Positions 14,501 through 26,709 of a stretch of 64,000 bases of DNA are shown in pieces. The translations under genes and the position numbers were made by a program. This stretch comes from Phoronis australis (Eukaryota; Animalia; Phoronida), in NCBI GenBank assembly GCA_002633005.1, contig NMRA01000413.1, positions 113,251 through 177,250 of the forward strand, written 5' to 3'. The first letter of the stretch is position 1, and each line of letters opens with the position of its first letter. A model generated the notes under the pieces. It was given only the letters and a program-made list of their open reading frames with translations, was not told the origin of the DNA and made no database searches.

Positions 14501-17500
14501 CAACACTACTGTGTAGGCAATAAGCGACTAGGAATACGACCTACATGTAGACAGTGACATTAACCCAGTTAAATGTGTTTACACTCAATTCCTAGAAGGA
14601 AACTAGGATGGCTTTTACATGAGGTGAAACCAATGTATGTTGTCTACTAATGATCACGAGACTTATGATAGTGATGTCTGTATCCTGAGCATATGACTTT
14701 TATATGACTGGGCCTGTGACAAACTGATAAGAACTAGTTGTTATGTTCTTGAGGGATAATCCTGCAAAATGCAAGGGTTTGTATTTACATTTGGAATGCC
14801 AGACTGATAATGACAACCAAAAGTGCCAAACTTATTTGATTTTGTACAAGACAGAAGACCACAGATAATGATGGGTGGTTCCACACCTTTCTAGTGTCAA
14901 ATAGGCTTAGTAGACCGGCGCAGTAGTCGTCATCCATGTCGTATCGTTTGTCGCCATAGCAGAAGACATCTCGTAATAAGACGCCAAACTCTGCTGTGTC
15001 TATAAATCCATCACTAGAAATAAACAGTTACAGCATTACAAACCTTATTTTAAAAACTCACCAGCTCATACGTGTAAGTCATTGAGTGGCCTAGAGTGAT
15101 AGGTGTCTCCTTTCATTACTGAATTTTGTGGGTTCGAGTCGCACTGGGCTACAGTGCTACTCTTCAGCTAGGTTTCTAGCTCCTCAGTTTGGTTTTAAGA
15201 ATATATTAATAAAGTACAATTTGAACCAGGGCCCGGTCTCCAATCTCCGTACTCAGACTCGAATCATGCTCAAACTCACACTTCATACTCAACTCGAGTA
15301 CAGACTCAGCTTTGGTGTATTCAATGTCATACTCGAAAAATCTGTACTCGAAATTTCGAGCACGTACTCAGTTTTCGAGTGTACTCGAAATGAAGTGTAT
15401 CTCATCTTATATTTCGAGTACGATTTTGAGTAAAAATTCGGAGTCTATGCTCAAATTTCAAGTTTGCTATGGCAGTGTGCTTGAAATCGTACTCGAAAAT
15501 AAATACGAGCCAGAGAACAAAATATCGAAAGGGAACCAAGAAACACAGCAAATCTAAAAAANGTTGATCGGCCTAAACGCTGGGGAAAAATATATATTCA
15601 ATGAACGTGACCATGGTGAGGCTACTAAACCGGGCCCGGCCACTTTTCCGCCCGGCGAGATTTTGGCAACTTCACAACCATAATTTTAATTAGGTTGAAA
15701 CATAACCACTATATTTTTTAAATTATGCTTGAATTATACATGGTGATATACATGTTAGGTTTTATTCTCTGCGATATTTTCTTTTTCGTTCAGTGTCTCG
15801 TTAGCCAACAACACTGAGCCCAGCAGACCGGACTGGCTGACGGTGGCACGACACGGCAGCTGATGGTTCACCAAGTAGAAACGTCTACCAACACAAGATT
15901 CAGTTCACACAAGAATGTCACATGACTGTAAGCAGCGCTGCCTGTTAGTAAAGCATCATTGCATCCAGCGCCATCTGTTTGCCGTAAAGGTTTTGGATGA
16001 GCGGGTACCTTTTGCGTCTATTCCAATAGGGAGCGATGAATCAGCGCGACTTTGCGTGATTTTGCATTTCACATCATAAAGAGTTCCATAGCAACTCGAG
16101 TATGAGAGTCAGATTTGAGTACGTTTGGAGTCTACTCGAAATACGACATTAGATACGCTTTTTTGAGTACGACTCCAGTGAGCACGATTTTGAGTATGAA
16201 ATCTCGAGTATGAGTATGAGTCTGAGTACGGAGATTGGAGACCGGGCCCAGGCCATCTGAAATTATCTATTTTTATAATTCATAAATCACTTTCTAACAT
16301 CACCTCACCCAATAGTTTAAACCATCAGGGAAAACAGTCATTTCACATTGTAGCTGAAAGACAGTGAATTATAAGCCTTGTTGTTAAAAGGCAAGTAGTT
16401 AGTGGACAGTATTCAGTGTTCTTGAATGAGGACTTAACGCAGACTTCTCACAATGCGGGATGTTTAAATAATTCTTATCATGAGTGGTTATTCTAGTTGA
16501 AACAAACAATTACGATAAATATTTCCGAATTTAGGACAATGAAAATATATATATTTTGAATCTGTAATTATGTAACACACAGTATATATTCCTCTTTTTG
16601 TTATCAAGTCTTTTTAAGCACTAATTTGTACCTCAGCCATAATCACAAAATCCTCAAATATTGTATTCCTGTCTATTTCTGTGACCTAATTTCCCTGCAC
16701 AGCATCTTGGATACCAGTTTGGTTGTCTATAATCAAATGATTAGACATTTAGTCGCAAAAGCATCAAAGTTTGGCGAATTTCAGCTACAGGACCTCCTCT
16801 GGTAATGAATTAGAGGAAAAATCTTTCTAGATCTGTGTGTTTTCTTCATCTTGCTAGCGAAAGACTGGGATATATATACAGGCAACTGGTGCAGTTACGG
16901 ACAGTGCGCTTTAAGTTCACCTGGTAGCATACCAATGTCAACCTTGTTGGCCACTTTTCAGTTTCACTATTTAAAAATAGCAAAACAAAAATAATGACCA
17001 AATTTTCTTTTGATATTGATATTCAAGATGAAATAACACAGAGATGTAGTTTTCTAAGTTATTGTTTTGTTTTCATTTTGGGTTTTTTATAAAAATCCTC
17101 CAAGTTTTCTTTTTCATCAATAGTTTCTCACAAAAATGAAATGTTTTGAAAACAAATCCTAAGTTTCATTCTAAAATCTAATTACCCATATATAAGATGA
17201 TATTCCAATGTGATGAAGCCAAACTTGGACATTTTTCTAGAACCTCACAAAAACGCTGAGTTAAGACTAGACTCAATGTGATCACAGTGGGTTATTCTAT
17301 CAAGATTTGTGATATGCAAGCTGGTTTAAATGCTTCACCCATGTTATAATGTGACTTTATTAATATAATAACCCAAAGGTATCGTCACATGAGTTACATA
17401 TTCTTCATACATAATCACGTACCTACAAGCAGGCACGCATGCATACATACATATGTACACAATGGAGTCTCAACGATGCACATTCATTGAATCAGCTGCT

Positions 17501-20500
17501 CGTGAGTTAAACACTGAAATTACTATAGATTTTTAAGGAACTCAGTATCGAGAAGACGCTTGACCCTTTGTGCTGGGACTGCAGCTCTTTTCGCCATGCC
17601 TGGAAGCCTTGTTGCACACAGGAATGAAAACGAACTTTTGAATATCGGACTGTCACAGGCCAAACAAAATTGAGTCCAAGTTGAAAGTATACTAGCATTA
17701 GACTCCAAGACCAGCGAATATTTAGTAAACTTGCCTCGCTTGTCAGAACAAGATAACACTGACTGTAGTCATTATAATTGTCTGAAATCTTGTATGTAAA
17801 ATTCAACTCCATAAACTTTCAGAAAGTTTCAAAGTATCCAATGCTTTTCTTTGGCTTAAAAGTGCAAAAACTGTTTTACTGATATTCTACAACCACAAGA
17901 TGGAGTTACCAGAAAACTTGCCAAGGAAAAATGCAAATAATTAACTGACATTTTTCAAAGATCTCCACATCCGGAAAGTTATTTAAACATGACATGCACA
18001 AGGTTGGTATGAGTAGCACGAGTCTGTTGGAAGTGATTTTATGAAGTTCAAACCCATGAGGTCTAATTCATTTATCAGGGGCAAGAATTTGCATCCTGTG
18101 TTGAAGGTTTGTGTACGTTTGCCACACTTATACAACCTCCTTTCTATTCCTAGTCACAGCAACATATTGTAGAAGAAATTTAGCTCAGTGTATAAAAAGA
18201 AAGTACTGGTTTATTACAAGTATTATAATGGAAAATTGGGCTTTTGAGGCAGGTGACAAGGAGAAAAATATATTTTGTTCAAACAAAAGCATTTCAGGAG
18301 CTTGCACTGTGAATTTAACAAGTAGCACACATGTATTCCATCTAGACCATAACCTTGGTCAGTTCACCACTCTTCTATAACCATTACAATGCCTTTTACA
18401 GAAGAAAGTTGTGAACACCCAAAGATCTTTACTCCATACCACATCTCTCAAGCCTCTGTCACATATGTCACAACCTAGAATAGACAAGAAATATAGGTCT
18501 GGACCATCACAGCAGTTTACACCTGAGTAGGCAGATTCATATCCTTGGAGCTAAACAAACATAGTCTCTTACTGAACTGATCCATCCGGAAGTCACAATC
18601 AATATACTTGAGTTGGCTTGGCAGTCTCCTGCAGTACAAGGCAGTCTCAACTGATACACATGGCTAATACGCACTCCTAAGGGGCTTTACTACCCATTAA
18701 TATTCAATTTAATTAACAGTTCCTCCCTTGTTGGTTAATTTACAAAGTAGATGCTGTATATTATGTTCTATCAGGAACCATTTCTTGCCAAATAAGCAGT
18801 ACTGCAATAAGAAAGTGTCTGCTACATACATTTTGTCACATGCAGTGTTCAATCTAGCATTTACAAACACTAGATTCCTGTTGACACACAGTCCAAAACT
18901 AGGAGGTACATTTCTGTTTTGAGATTGAGAACAGTTAAGATACCAACACATGAGCAAAGAACAACACAATATCGGAAAAATGAGGTGAATCTGTTGTTAC
19001 TTTTAATAATGGAAATATGGGAAGATAACCTAAGAACGGAAGCTGATAATTCTTATTGCTTTATCTTTTTCATTAGCTTTTTTAACAGCTTTACTGAGGT
19101 GATACAATGATAGGTGAAATGCAGGCTTGGGCAAACACTGCATTAATGTCATGATAATTCTATCAAAGGTGATATTTTACTAATTTGAAAACCTAAATTT
19201 TAGAATTTGAACAATTTTTCTTTAGCTTTTAAAACAGCTTTACTGAGGTGATGCCACACTTGACATGATACATAAAGCAGGCTTGGGCAAACACTGAAAA
19301 TCTAAATTTTCAAATTTGAACATTTTGGTACTGACATTAAGCACCCCACTTCAACATGCTCTATGAAGGCATAACAGTCCACAGCAATTCAGCTGGCATT
19401 AGATTTAAAGTCAAGTGAGAAGTATGCACAAGCAGCTAAACTAGGTATTTTTCATTTAAACTAGAAAGCAGTATTAGGGTGTAGCTTAAATATGCTTGTT
19501 ATGTAATGTATCTAACAGAAGACCAATTAAACAGCTCAATGCAAGGCTAAACAACAGGGAGGTTCAACTACCAACAGGGCAACATATAGCAAGTTTTCAA
19601 TAACAGAGGGTGTTCTTTCCTCACTAAGATTTCAGTCAGATTGACAGCCATAAATTAAAAGCTACTAACATGCTAATTGCATGACTTCAAAGAAGTGCCA
19701 AACAATTTCATAACACACATAGAAATGTGGACAAGGTGTGGTTTCCTCACAAAAATACAATCAACTGATTCCTTGAGCCAATTTTAATCACAAGGGAAAT
19801 GTCAAATTCTATATAACTGACAGGCAGACAAATGGACATACCTGTTGAAAAACAAACAAGCAGATAAATGGCACAGGCCAAAAATCTTGAAAATCCTCCT
19901 CAGTAGAGGTATCACACAAAAGATCTATAACACCACCTAAGAGTGGGTGGCATTATTTTACTAACCAATCAATTTTCTCTGAAATTTGCAAGACAGTATG
20001 GAACAATTCAATAGATGCTTAATGTAACTGGCCTTACAGTGCAGAACAAAATGTCAGTTGTGTGACAGACACAAGATTATAATTAGCATTGATTTTGTGA
20101 ATTTATAAACAGTCATACCAGAATTAATTGAAGTTATTACATAAACTACAAGTTTAATATAGGCCATATGTAATTTAAGAGGTGATTTCAAGCTAAACTG
20201 TTGTCAGGATTTGAAAACAATGGAAAATATAATTATACTGTTAAATCTTAATATTGATCTTGAGCTGGGAATAAGTTAATTTTTGACACATCTATAACAG
20301 GGTTCCATTAAGAAATCTAATAATATTACAAAACGTTCTGAACAACAACTCAAAAATTCATAAGCAAGAAGTTTAAAGGTGAAGGCAACCCTTTTCATGT
20401 CATTTTAAGCAAAAATAAGGTCTGTTGGTTATCCCAGACATCAACTTAATTACAGCTTTTCGTAATTTAATTAAATATTCGTTCTCTACTCCGGAATTGA

Positions 20501-23500
20501 CGTTTTGGGAGGCAAGCATTTCGCGCCAATTTCTTTTCATATAGTCTGACTTACATAAGATAAGTTATTCCTGGAACGAGTTGATGTAAGGTTTAAGGGC
20601 TGCCTGGATGTTAACTAGTGCAACTTGCATCACTTGTGATGACTTACTCCACCCTATTGAGGTAGGGTAACTTGTTCTACTGCAACTTGCACCACTTGTG
20701 ATGACTTACATGTACTACCTTATTGAGGTTGGGTAACTTGTTCTAGGGTAACTTGTGCTACTTTAGATTCGTGTGAGGCCGCAAACTTGGGGAAAAGCAG
20801 AAGTAATTATCAGCACTGGTAACATGCAGACGGGCCTTCTGTTCTGCACCTTATTCGCATCAGCTGTCCAATTGTCATGCAGAGAGCAACAACTTCCACA
20901 TTTCCCTAGCTATTGGATGTGTGTGTGTGAACGCTTCACTTAAAAGTGAGGTGGGTTGCACTAGTGCAAATTATTCTAGGGTAGGCTGTGCGTGAATGAG
21001 ACTTAACACTTGGACAAAGGAAATCTATGAAGTACATGTAAGTGAGGAGAGGTCAGTTTTAGCACACACTCTACAACTAGGTACCAGTGTCTAACAGGAA
21101 ATGTAGGCCAGATTTTACATTACAGGCTAAGTTACATAACAATCATGGCTCCTTGCATAAAAATTTCTACCTTTTGCAAATAGCATATGGTGTTTTCATG
21201 TCCTGATGCTCTCTTTTCAGCTAAGTCACAGTTCAAGCAACAGCAGTATGCCCATTTCATCAGCAGAGCATGTCACTATCATTTGTCAGCAAAATAATAA
21301 TTTTAGACATTATCACTATGTAACATTATTATGATCAATCACTTGTCTTGTAAAGCAAAACTCAAAATTAAAATTTGTACTGTAATCTCCAGGTTTAACA
21401 CCTGGGCGCTTAAATTGGGGAACCCAGAACAAGAGGGATGGGCGACTACGTGGACATGGGTGCATAAATGTGAAATTTTCAAAAATTCTTTCAGCACAAT
21501 TACTTGAACATGGGCACGTAAATCCAATGAGACCGGTCCAGGAACGCAACCCGTAACTCAGTGGACATCCAACACCAACAAAGTTATTCAAAGCTGTAAC
21601 ACATACAGGATTTCCACTTTCGAAAGCATGATTTCGCGAAACCATTACCCAAAAATCAGATGTTTTCAAATAAGCGCGCTGCAAAATTTCATGCAGTGGA
21701 ACTGTCTGGATTACGAATCGGCAAGTTTTATTTCAGATCAGTGAATGTAACCACCTTTCGTAGTGTTCATCTTCATTTAAAAATACGGATGATTCTTTGC
21801 CATTAAATGGAAACCACTATTCTCTGGAATTGAAACCAAAATGGTTTTCGTAACGGTTGTCGCGTTATTGCTTCCAGCAACAGTTGAAAAATTGATCAGA
21901 CTGTCAAACCAAATCACTTTTTATACCACAATCAATTCTAATTGTTTTTCGTATTCTATTCAATGGTGTCACACTTGAACTTCCACGATTGAAAATTTTT
22001 TTCATACAATGTTTAGTAAAATTTATTCCCCAGGGCAATTCCATTTGTGACGGACGTACAATCAGAGAACATTTTGATCAATTATGAAAAAATTGTGTAT
22101 CCTAGGAAAATGATTAATACATCAATTGATAGGTATCATTGATAGCTTTCAAAGTGTGTATCAACTTTTCTCCTATCCTTTTATCTGACTTAAAGGGTGT
22201 GACGGACGTACGCAGAGAATTTGAAATTTTGAAAAAAAAAATTTAACGTTAATTTTCTGTGAGTTGCATTTGGTTATATTTTTTTTTGTTTTATATGATT
22301 TAGTTCAATGTTTGCAAAGTGCAAAACACTAAATTTTTTTATGACATCTTCTAAGAAATTTGCGTAAGACAGCTCGATGTAAGTTGAGTGCGTGTGACGG
22401 ACGTACATGAAGGACGTACATGACGGACATACCCTCTGATTTTCTAGTATTAAATTGTTTGTTGTAACTAATATAAATTCAGAATGATTCAAACTTTTGC
22501 AGTATTTAAGCTATATTGATCTTTTGCTACTGACTCAATGTAATTAAGTCAAAATGTACCGATTGACCTTTTGCATGAAATCATCACTGGTAGGCCTATG
22601 CTGGGAATATACTCTAGGATTTTAACTTTTCAATATATTCGATTAAAGGTATAAAACAACTCCCTAAAACTCTCACTTCCCTTCGAAGAGTACTAATTTG
22701 AAAACAATAAGCAAATGTGACTATTAAAATATCAAATGTGAAATAAAGTTTAAAACATTACCAATCATTGTAATAAAACGCATTATAATTAATTGTTTTT
22801 AAGGTTGTACAATTGCAACTAATTCTCTGATCCATTTCGTTGATGGTTCTGATGTATACCCATCTAAATAATGATGGTAATGTTTTAAACGTATTAGTAA
22901 CAGGACTTCAGTATCTTCTTATAACAAAATGTGAAGCCTGGTTTAGTTGACAGTATCAACTTATGGCACTTTGATTCAAAAAACCGGTAGTGTCTTCCGG
23001 TGTGAAAACAACACATTTTGAATTCAGTGCATTTAGAATTATGATTTGGGAATATGTAGATCTAACTTATGAGATGTTGGTCTCTATGTAGTAAATAGTA
23101 TGATTTGCTTTTCATGCAGCTCTTTAACTCATGCCTTCTTTTCAATTTTAAAGACAGGCGTGAACTAATGTCACATCACAGTTCACAAAAGTACAATTAT
23201 GAATTCTTGATCCACGATAGCATTTTTTCGAGATTCAGAGAATATTCCAGCAGATATTTATTTTTCTCCCAGTTGTATCTGTTCTTCCTATGGTCTCTTA
23301 ACAATTTCCTCTTTTGTATCTAAACACCGGTTTAATCTCCTCGAAGCTGAGCAGAAAAAAATTCTTAAAAAGATTGCAAGATCAAAAACATGTAAGATGA
23401 GACGGTGTAATCATTTGCTACGAAATCATTTCATACAAGCCACCGAAGACACTGAAAAACACAAAAAGAGTGACACTATAGTCAGTGAGGGTGTGACAAA

Positions 23501-26500
23501 AATGCTCAGTTAACTAAGTGACAGGTTGCTACCATTTAAAAATGTCCAGTATTGGCTTTTTAACCATAAAACATAGCATAGCAAGTCAGAGCAGAAATGA
23601 CTCGTTGGTTCCACCGCAACAATAACTTGACATATATTTCTTTAGGTCTCTTGTTATTTATAATCTAGAGCACCTTAGGAATTCTTTTATATGAGTATTT
23701 TTGTCTCTTGAGTTTTCCGAAACCTAAGCATTTCTTTACAAACATGATTATCAAATTAACATTTTGTTTCATTTACATTTTATAATGTGGTCCAAATATC
23801 TGATTTTAATAAGTCCAATTCTACTAAGAATAACTAGATGACATTGTGAACTATAACTTTTCTGCAAATACTTTTGAGATTGCAAAAGACCAATGCATCA
23901 AGTTTAAATTTGTAGCAACTCTAATTATTTAATTTAAAGATGTCCTTGTAATATGTAATCATTTCAAGGTTCTCAGATGTGAGATACATTTTATCTTCAG
24001 CAAGTTTAGAAAGTAAAAATAAGACCTAAGGTTATTTTTATTGGCTGAAGAATTGTAATTTCATGGGTGTGACGGATGTACAATTTTGGCGTACGTCTGT
24101 CACGTAAATTCAACAAATAAACCCTGGGATCTAAAATTTTGGTCAGTGTATTGAGAAACAAGTTAGAAGAGAATGTGAAATTATTTTAATTTTGAAATAA
24201 AACCTTTAACACAACTAAACTTTTTGGCACTTTATTTTGACAGACGTACGGCACCATGATATCCAGGAGCTGGTCAATGATGTGCCAAAGTTGAAATGTT
24301 ATTTTTTTATAAAGTTTGGGCTTCATATGATTGCACAATGATAATATAGAGAAATATCCATAATTGGATTATTTTTGGCAATAACTAGCAACACACATGA
24401 GAATTGAGCTAATTTTTTAAGTCAAGTGACCCCTGAAAATGGGGCCATTTAGGCAAAAAATTAAGTTATAGGCTAGTCAAACATTGATCCTGAAATTAGA
24501 GGGACTGGGCTTTCAGATGAGACCAGAAATGTTATTATAGCCCTAATTTTACTTTTTTGTCTTGTGGTGCACCTTTTCACGGAATTGCCCTCCAATTGAT
24601 AGAACTTCTCAAGATCAAGAGAAAAGTTTAGTTGCCAGGAGAATTCACCCGATCAGGAGGACTTCTCTCAATTTAAGAACCTAATTTGTTGATAATGATA
24701 ACTAGAGCAAAACAGCTCACCTTAGCTCAAGGCCTCAATGAAGTCACACTTTGTCAATGTAGTATCATTCTAAGCGATGGCACACCCTAATGTAGCCTGT
24801 ATCCCAGAACATTTTCTGCAATGCTTACTAGTAACTTTGGCCAACTAAAAATGTTAAATTCGCATCACATGTAGATAGACATATTTGGAGGCAATTAGAG
24901 TCTTTAAATCCTTCCAACTCGAATAAATCTTCCTGCACTCTACATTTCGTACCAAATCGTGATTCGTTCAACTATTACTGAAATTGGGAGCCACTGAGCC
25001 ATTTCTGTGTCATCACTGTGCATGTCTAAGTAAATTTTTAAATCACAGAGAACTACCTCCATGACCTTGTGAGTAAACCAATAACCAATGCAGCACACTG
25101 GTGATCCGCCAGACAAGCTAGTGGAAAGAAATCTTAATTACAATTTAGTTGTTTTTTTTTCGGGTTGGAAGGAATTGAATACATCAGTGGCCTCCTCTAC
25201 ACTCTAAATGTACCTATTACAAGGTGATTTTGATTGTTTAGTCAGTGTGAGGCTTAGTTATGGCATTGGGACGATCACCACCTGTGACAGCTGTGCTGTG
25301 CTGACTAGGCTCAGACAGTGCTACTGCCTACAACGGCCACATGTCCCTCTATGCTTAAAAGGTAGGCCTACTTATAGCAATGCGATTTTGATGGTTTAGT
25401 CAGTGTGAGGCATAATTTGGCGAAAAAGCTTCCCACGCATAGCAGCCCTTTGTCTATGTTATAACCACCCTTAGAGTTAGTCAGTGTTATGAAAAGAAAC
25501 CTACATTGTCACCCTAACTGGTAGAGATTGGGCAACTCAACCGGTTTGCGCACCACAGAAACTGCTGGTTGAGATTAAAGACACCATGTGGTTGAGTGTT
25601 GTGGTTAATTAAATCACCTCACGGTGTAGGCAATGACCATCGCCTCTGTTGGCCCGAAGCAGAGGCGATGCAGAGGCTATAGGCGCTNNNNNNNNNNNNN
25701 NNNNNNNNNNNNNNNNNNNNNNNNNNNNNNNNNNNNNNNNNNNNNNNNNNNNNNNNNNNNNNNNNNNNNNNNNNNNNNNNNNNNNNNNNNNNNNNNNNNN
25801 NNNNNNNNNNNNNNNNNNNNNNNNNNNNNNNNNNNNNNNNNNNNNNNNNNNNNNNNNNNNNNNNNNNNNNNNNNNNNNNCAAAAATTTTGATTTCACGAT
25901 TTTGGGAACTGAAATAGGGACTGATCGAAGAAAAAGTTTCATAACGGGAGTATTTGTTCGAGTTGGAAGGACTTAAACACATCGACAACCTCCTAAGGTG
26001 TTCCTCTATGCGCAAAAGGTATTTATAACAACGTGACTTTGATGGTTTAGTCGGTGCGAGGCATAATTCGCCAAAAAGCTTCCAGCGTACAGAGCGCCTA
26101 TAGCCTCTGCATCGCCTCTGCTCCGGGCCAACAGAGGCGATGGTCATTGCATACTCACGGTGCTGATATTATCGTTTCCTCTAGATAATAAGACCTTCAT
26201 AAACAACATTTTTAAATTTTCGTTTTGAAAGTTTGTAAATAGCCTACGTGAATAGTTTGTGAAAAGTACACGTGATTAGGACGGATTAGGTTTTTGAATT
26301 TTGAAAATTGGGCAAGAAATATAACGTTTCCAACTTAAAACGTTTGGTTAATGTTGCAATAGTATGTTCGTCATTAATTCTGCTAGTAGTGCAACATAAT
26401 TGGGTCAATTACCAAACCACTGGGCAGCAGTTGGATTTTGAGGTAAGCCAAGTGTCATCGTACAGTTCTTGGCATGGAATGACAGGCTGGCAACGGTGCT

Positions 26501-26709
26501 GGCCCAGTTCAGACGTTGGTACCGGCCAGTACCACTTCAGTCTCAGCATATGAGCTGGGCAAAAATCTGCATCAGAAACCTTACCCGTTTGTGTCATAAT
26601 GTTCAAAACATTCCTTCATCTTGGTGACAGAGGAAGTAGCGCCATTCTTTCTAAAGGTTTCAAAATAGTTGTTGACTTTAACAACACTAGAATTGTCATC
26701 TCCTGCCAT
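2416..26709 (-). CDS. Naam: EF-hand-containing nicotinamidase (Naam/PNC1-like, isochorismatase fold), 8 coding exons, 361 aa
   Basis: complement(join 26585-26709, 14887-15013, 14241-14297, 11842-12081, 7467-7595, 5630-5798, 3645-3787, 2416-2511) = 1086 nt, open throughout, all introns GT-AG with matching phases. Motifs: VVDVQNDF (catalytic Asp), RDWH and PAHC (metal ligands), INKGT (catalytic Lys), GIAYDVCV (catalytic Cys), C-terminal DRRPEMG, two N-terminal EF-hands as in insect Naam. Confidence 0.93.
3645..3787 (-). CDS. Naam: nicotinamidase exon 7 (ASTSIDSLEEGFRTVLIDDACRG...VHSNE)
   Basis: Inside ORF 3630-3851; tttccag| acceptor, GAG|GTGGGA donor; GFRTVLIDDACRG motif. Confidence 0.92.
4380..5480. 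repeat. degenerate interspersed repeat with internally repeated CCACTAGRKGGCRC-like motifs
   Basis: Recurring blocks (cactagggg, catctgccaaatttca, gtcagtcatgg..ttctcat) in nicotinamidase intron 6; similar motifs in opposite orientation at 44549-44856. Confidence 0.5.
5630..5798 (-). CDS. Naam: nicotinamidase exon 6 (IVPGALFINKGTNPNIDSYSAF...CGIAYDVCV)
   Basis: Inside ORF 5583-5879; KG..DSYSAF motif and catalytic Cys; phase 0 to 1. Confidence 0.93.
7467..7595 (-). CDS. Naam: nicotinamidase exon 5 (VSSEDAK...QQLWPAHCVQNTDGAELHKDLK)
   Basis: Inside ORF 7422-7628; WPAHCVQ motif; CAG| and AAG|GTAACT splice sites. Confidence 0.93.
7700..7852. repeat. ~50-53-bp degenerate tandem repeat, 3 copies
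   Basis: Core CACCTGACTCGGGGCTCATTTACCAA repeated three times with related linkers. Confidence 0.85.
8493..8756. repeat. 33-bp minisatellite, ~8 copies
   Basis: Unit AACAGCAATAACATCTAGGTGTCTGACTGTCTA with few substitutions. Confidence 0.95.
11842..12081 (-). CDS. Naam: nicotinamidase exon 4 (VMDPVTALLVVDVQNDF...RDWHPQNH...HPSSK)
   Basis: Inside ORF 11746-12159; ctcag| acceptor and AAG|GTGAGG donor; catalytic Asp and DWH motif. Confidence 0.93.
14241..14297 (-). CDS. Naam: nicotinamidase exon 3 (DGRIDAVEFELCWSKWLKQ)
   Basis: atttcag| acceptor, CAG|GTCAGT donor, 57 nt; second EF-hand loop and helix. Confidence 0.88.
14300..14487. repeat. ~25-bp degenerate minisatellite (~8 copies) abutting the exon 3 acceptor
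   Basis: AAATATGCAAAGTAACCCCA core repeated; first copy starts directly at the 3' splice site (14298-14299). Confidence 0.85.
14887..15013 (-). CDS. Naam: nicotinamidase exon 2 (EF-hand region, DGFIDTAEF...LFDTRK)
   Basis: tttctag| acceptor, AAG|GTGTGG donor, phase 2 to 0, EF-hand sequence. Confidence 0.88.
15078..15150 (+). mobile_element. tRNA-derived SINE head / tRNA-like relic
   Basis: A-box-like TGGCCTAGAGTG and B-box GGTTCGAGTC at tRNA-like spacing; no proper acceptor stem. Confidence 0.45.
15230..16248. mobile_element. PIF/Harbinger-type non-autonomous element (MITE)
   Basis: TIR GGCCCGGTCTCCAATCTCCGTACTCAGACTC ... GAGTCTGAGTACGGAGATTGGAGACCGGGCC; 3-bp TSD CAG (15227-15229 / 16249-16251); subterminal TACTC/GAGTA repeats. 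Confidence 0.88.
22032..24591. mobile_element. decayed TIR DNA transposon, superfamily unassigned
   Basis: 11-bp inverted ends AGGGCAATTCC / GGAATTGCCCT; subterminal motif TGACGGACGTAC or variants at 22048, 22200, 22395, 22408, 22421, 24070, 24091 (inverted) and 24238; no clean TSD, no intact ORF. Confidence 0.6.
25627..26153. mobile_element. non-autonomous TIR element with 9-bp TSD (AcademH- or Mutator-like)
   Basis: About 60-bp near-perfect TIR (TAGGCAATGACCATCGCCTCTG... / ...CAGAGGCGATGGTCATTGCATA); TSD CTCACGGTG at 25618-25626 and 26154-26162; interior partly an N gap. Confidence 0.85.
26585..26709 (-). CDS. Naam: nicotinamidase exon 1 (MAGDDNSSVVKVNNYFETFRKNGATSSVTKMKECFEHYDTNG)
   Basis: ATG in CAAGATGGC context; ends GG|GTAAGG (phase 2) and completes EF-hand loop DTNG-DGFIDTAE with exon 2. 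Confidence 0.85.

Noticed and set aside
18523-18628. Candidate alternative nicotinamidase exon (RLPSQLKYIDCDFRMDQFSKRLCLFSSKDMNLPTQ) with the same phases as exon 2
   Set aside because: Weak donor (GTGTAA), no EF-hand similarity, and the true first exon at 26585-26709 completes the EF loop; cannot be supported without RNA data.
19065-20760. Short local duplications (19075-19140 vs 19225-19296; 20619-20670 vs 20681-20745)
   Set aside because: Ordinary two-copy intronic duplications with no coding or structural signal.
21316-21684. ORF with WTGLI...FMHP...FW, faintly like a transposon protein C-terminus
   Set aside because: Similarity is too short to call, and it lies outside the adjacent TIR element.
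24721-24816. Exon-like segment with a good GTGAG donor in intron 1
   Set aside because: Stop codons in all three frames; no evidence of use.
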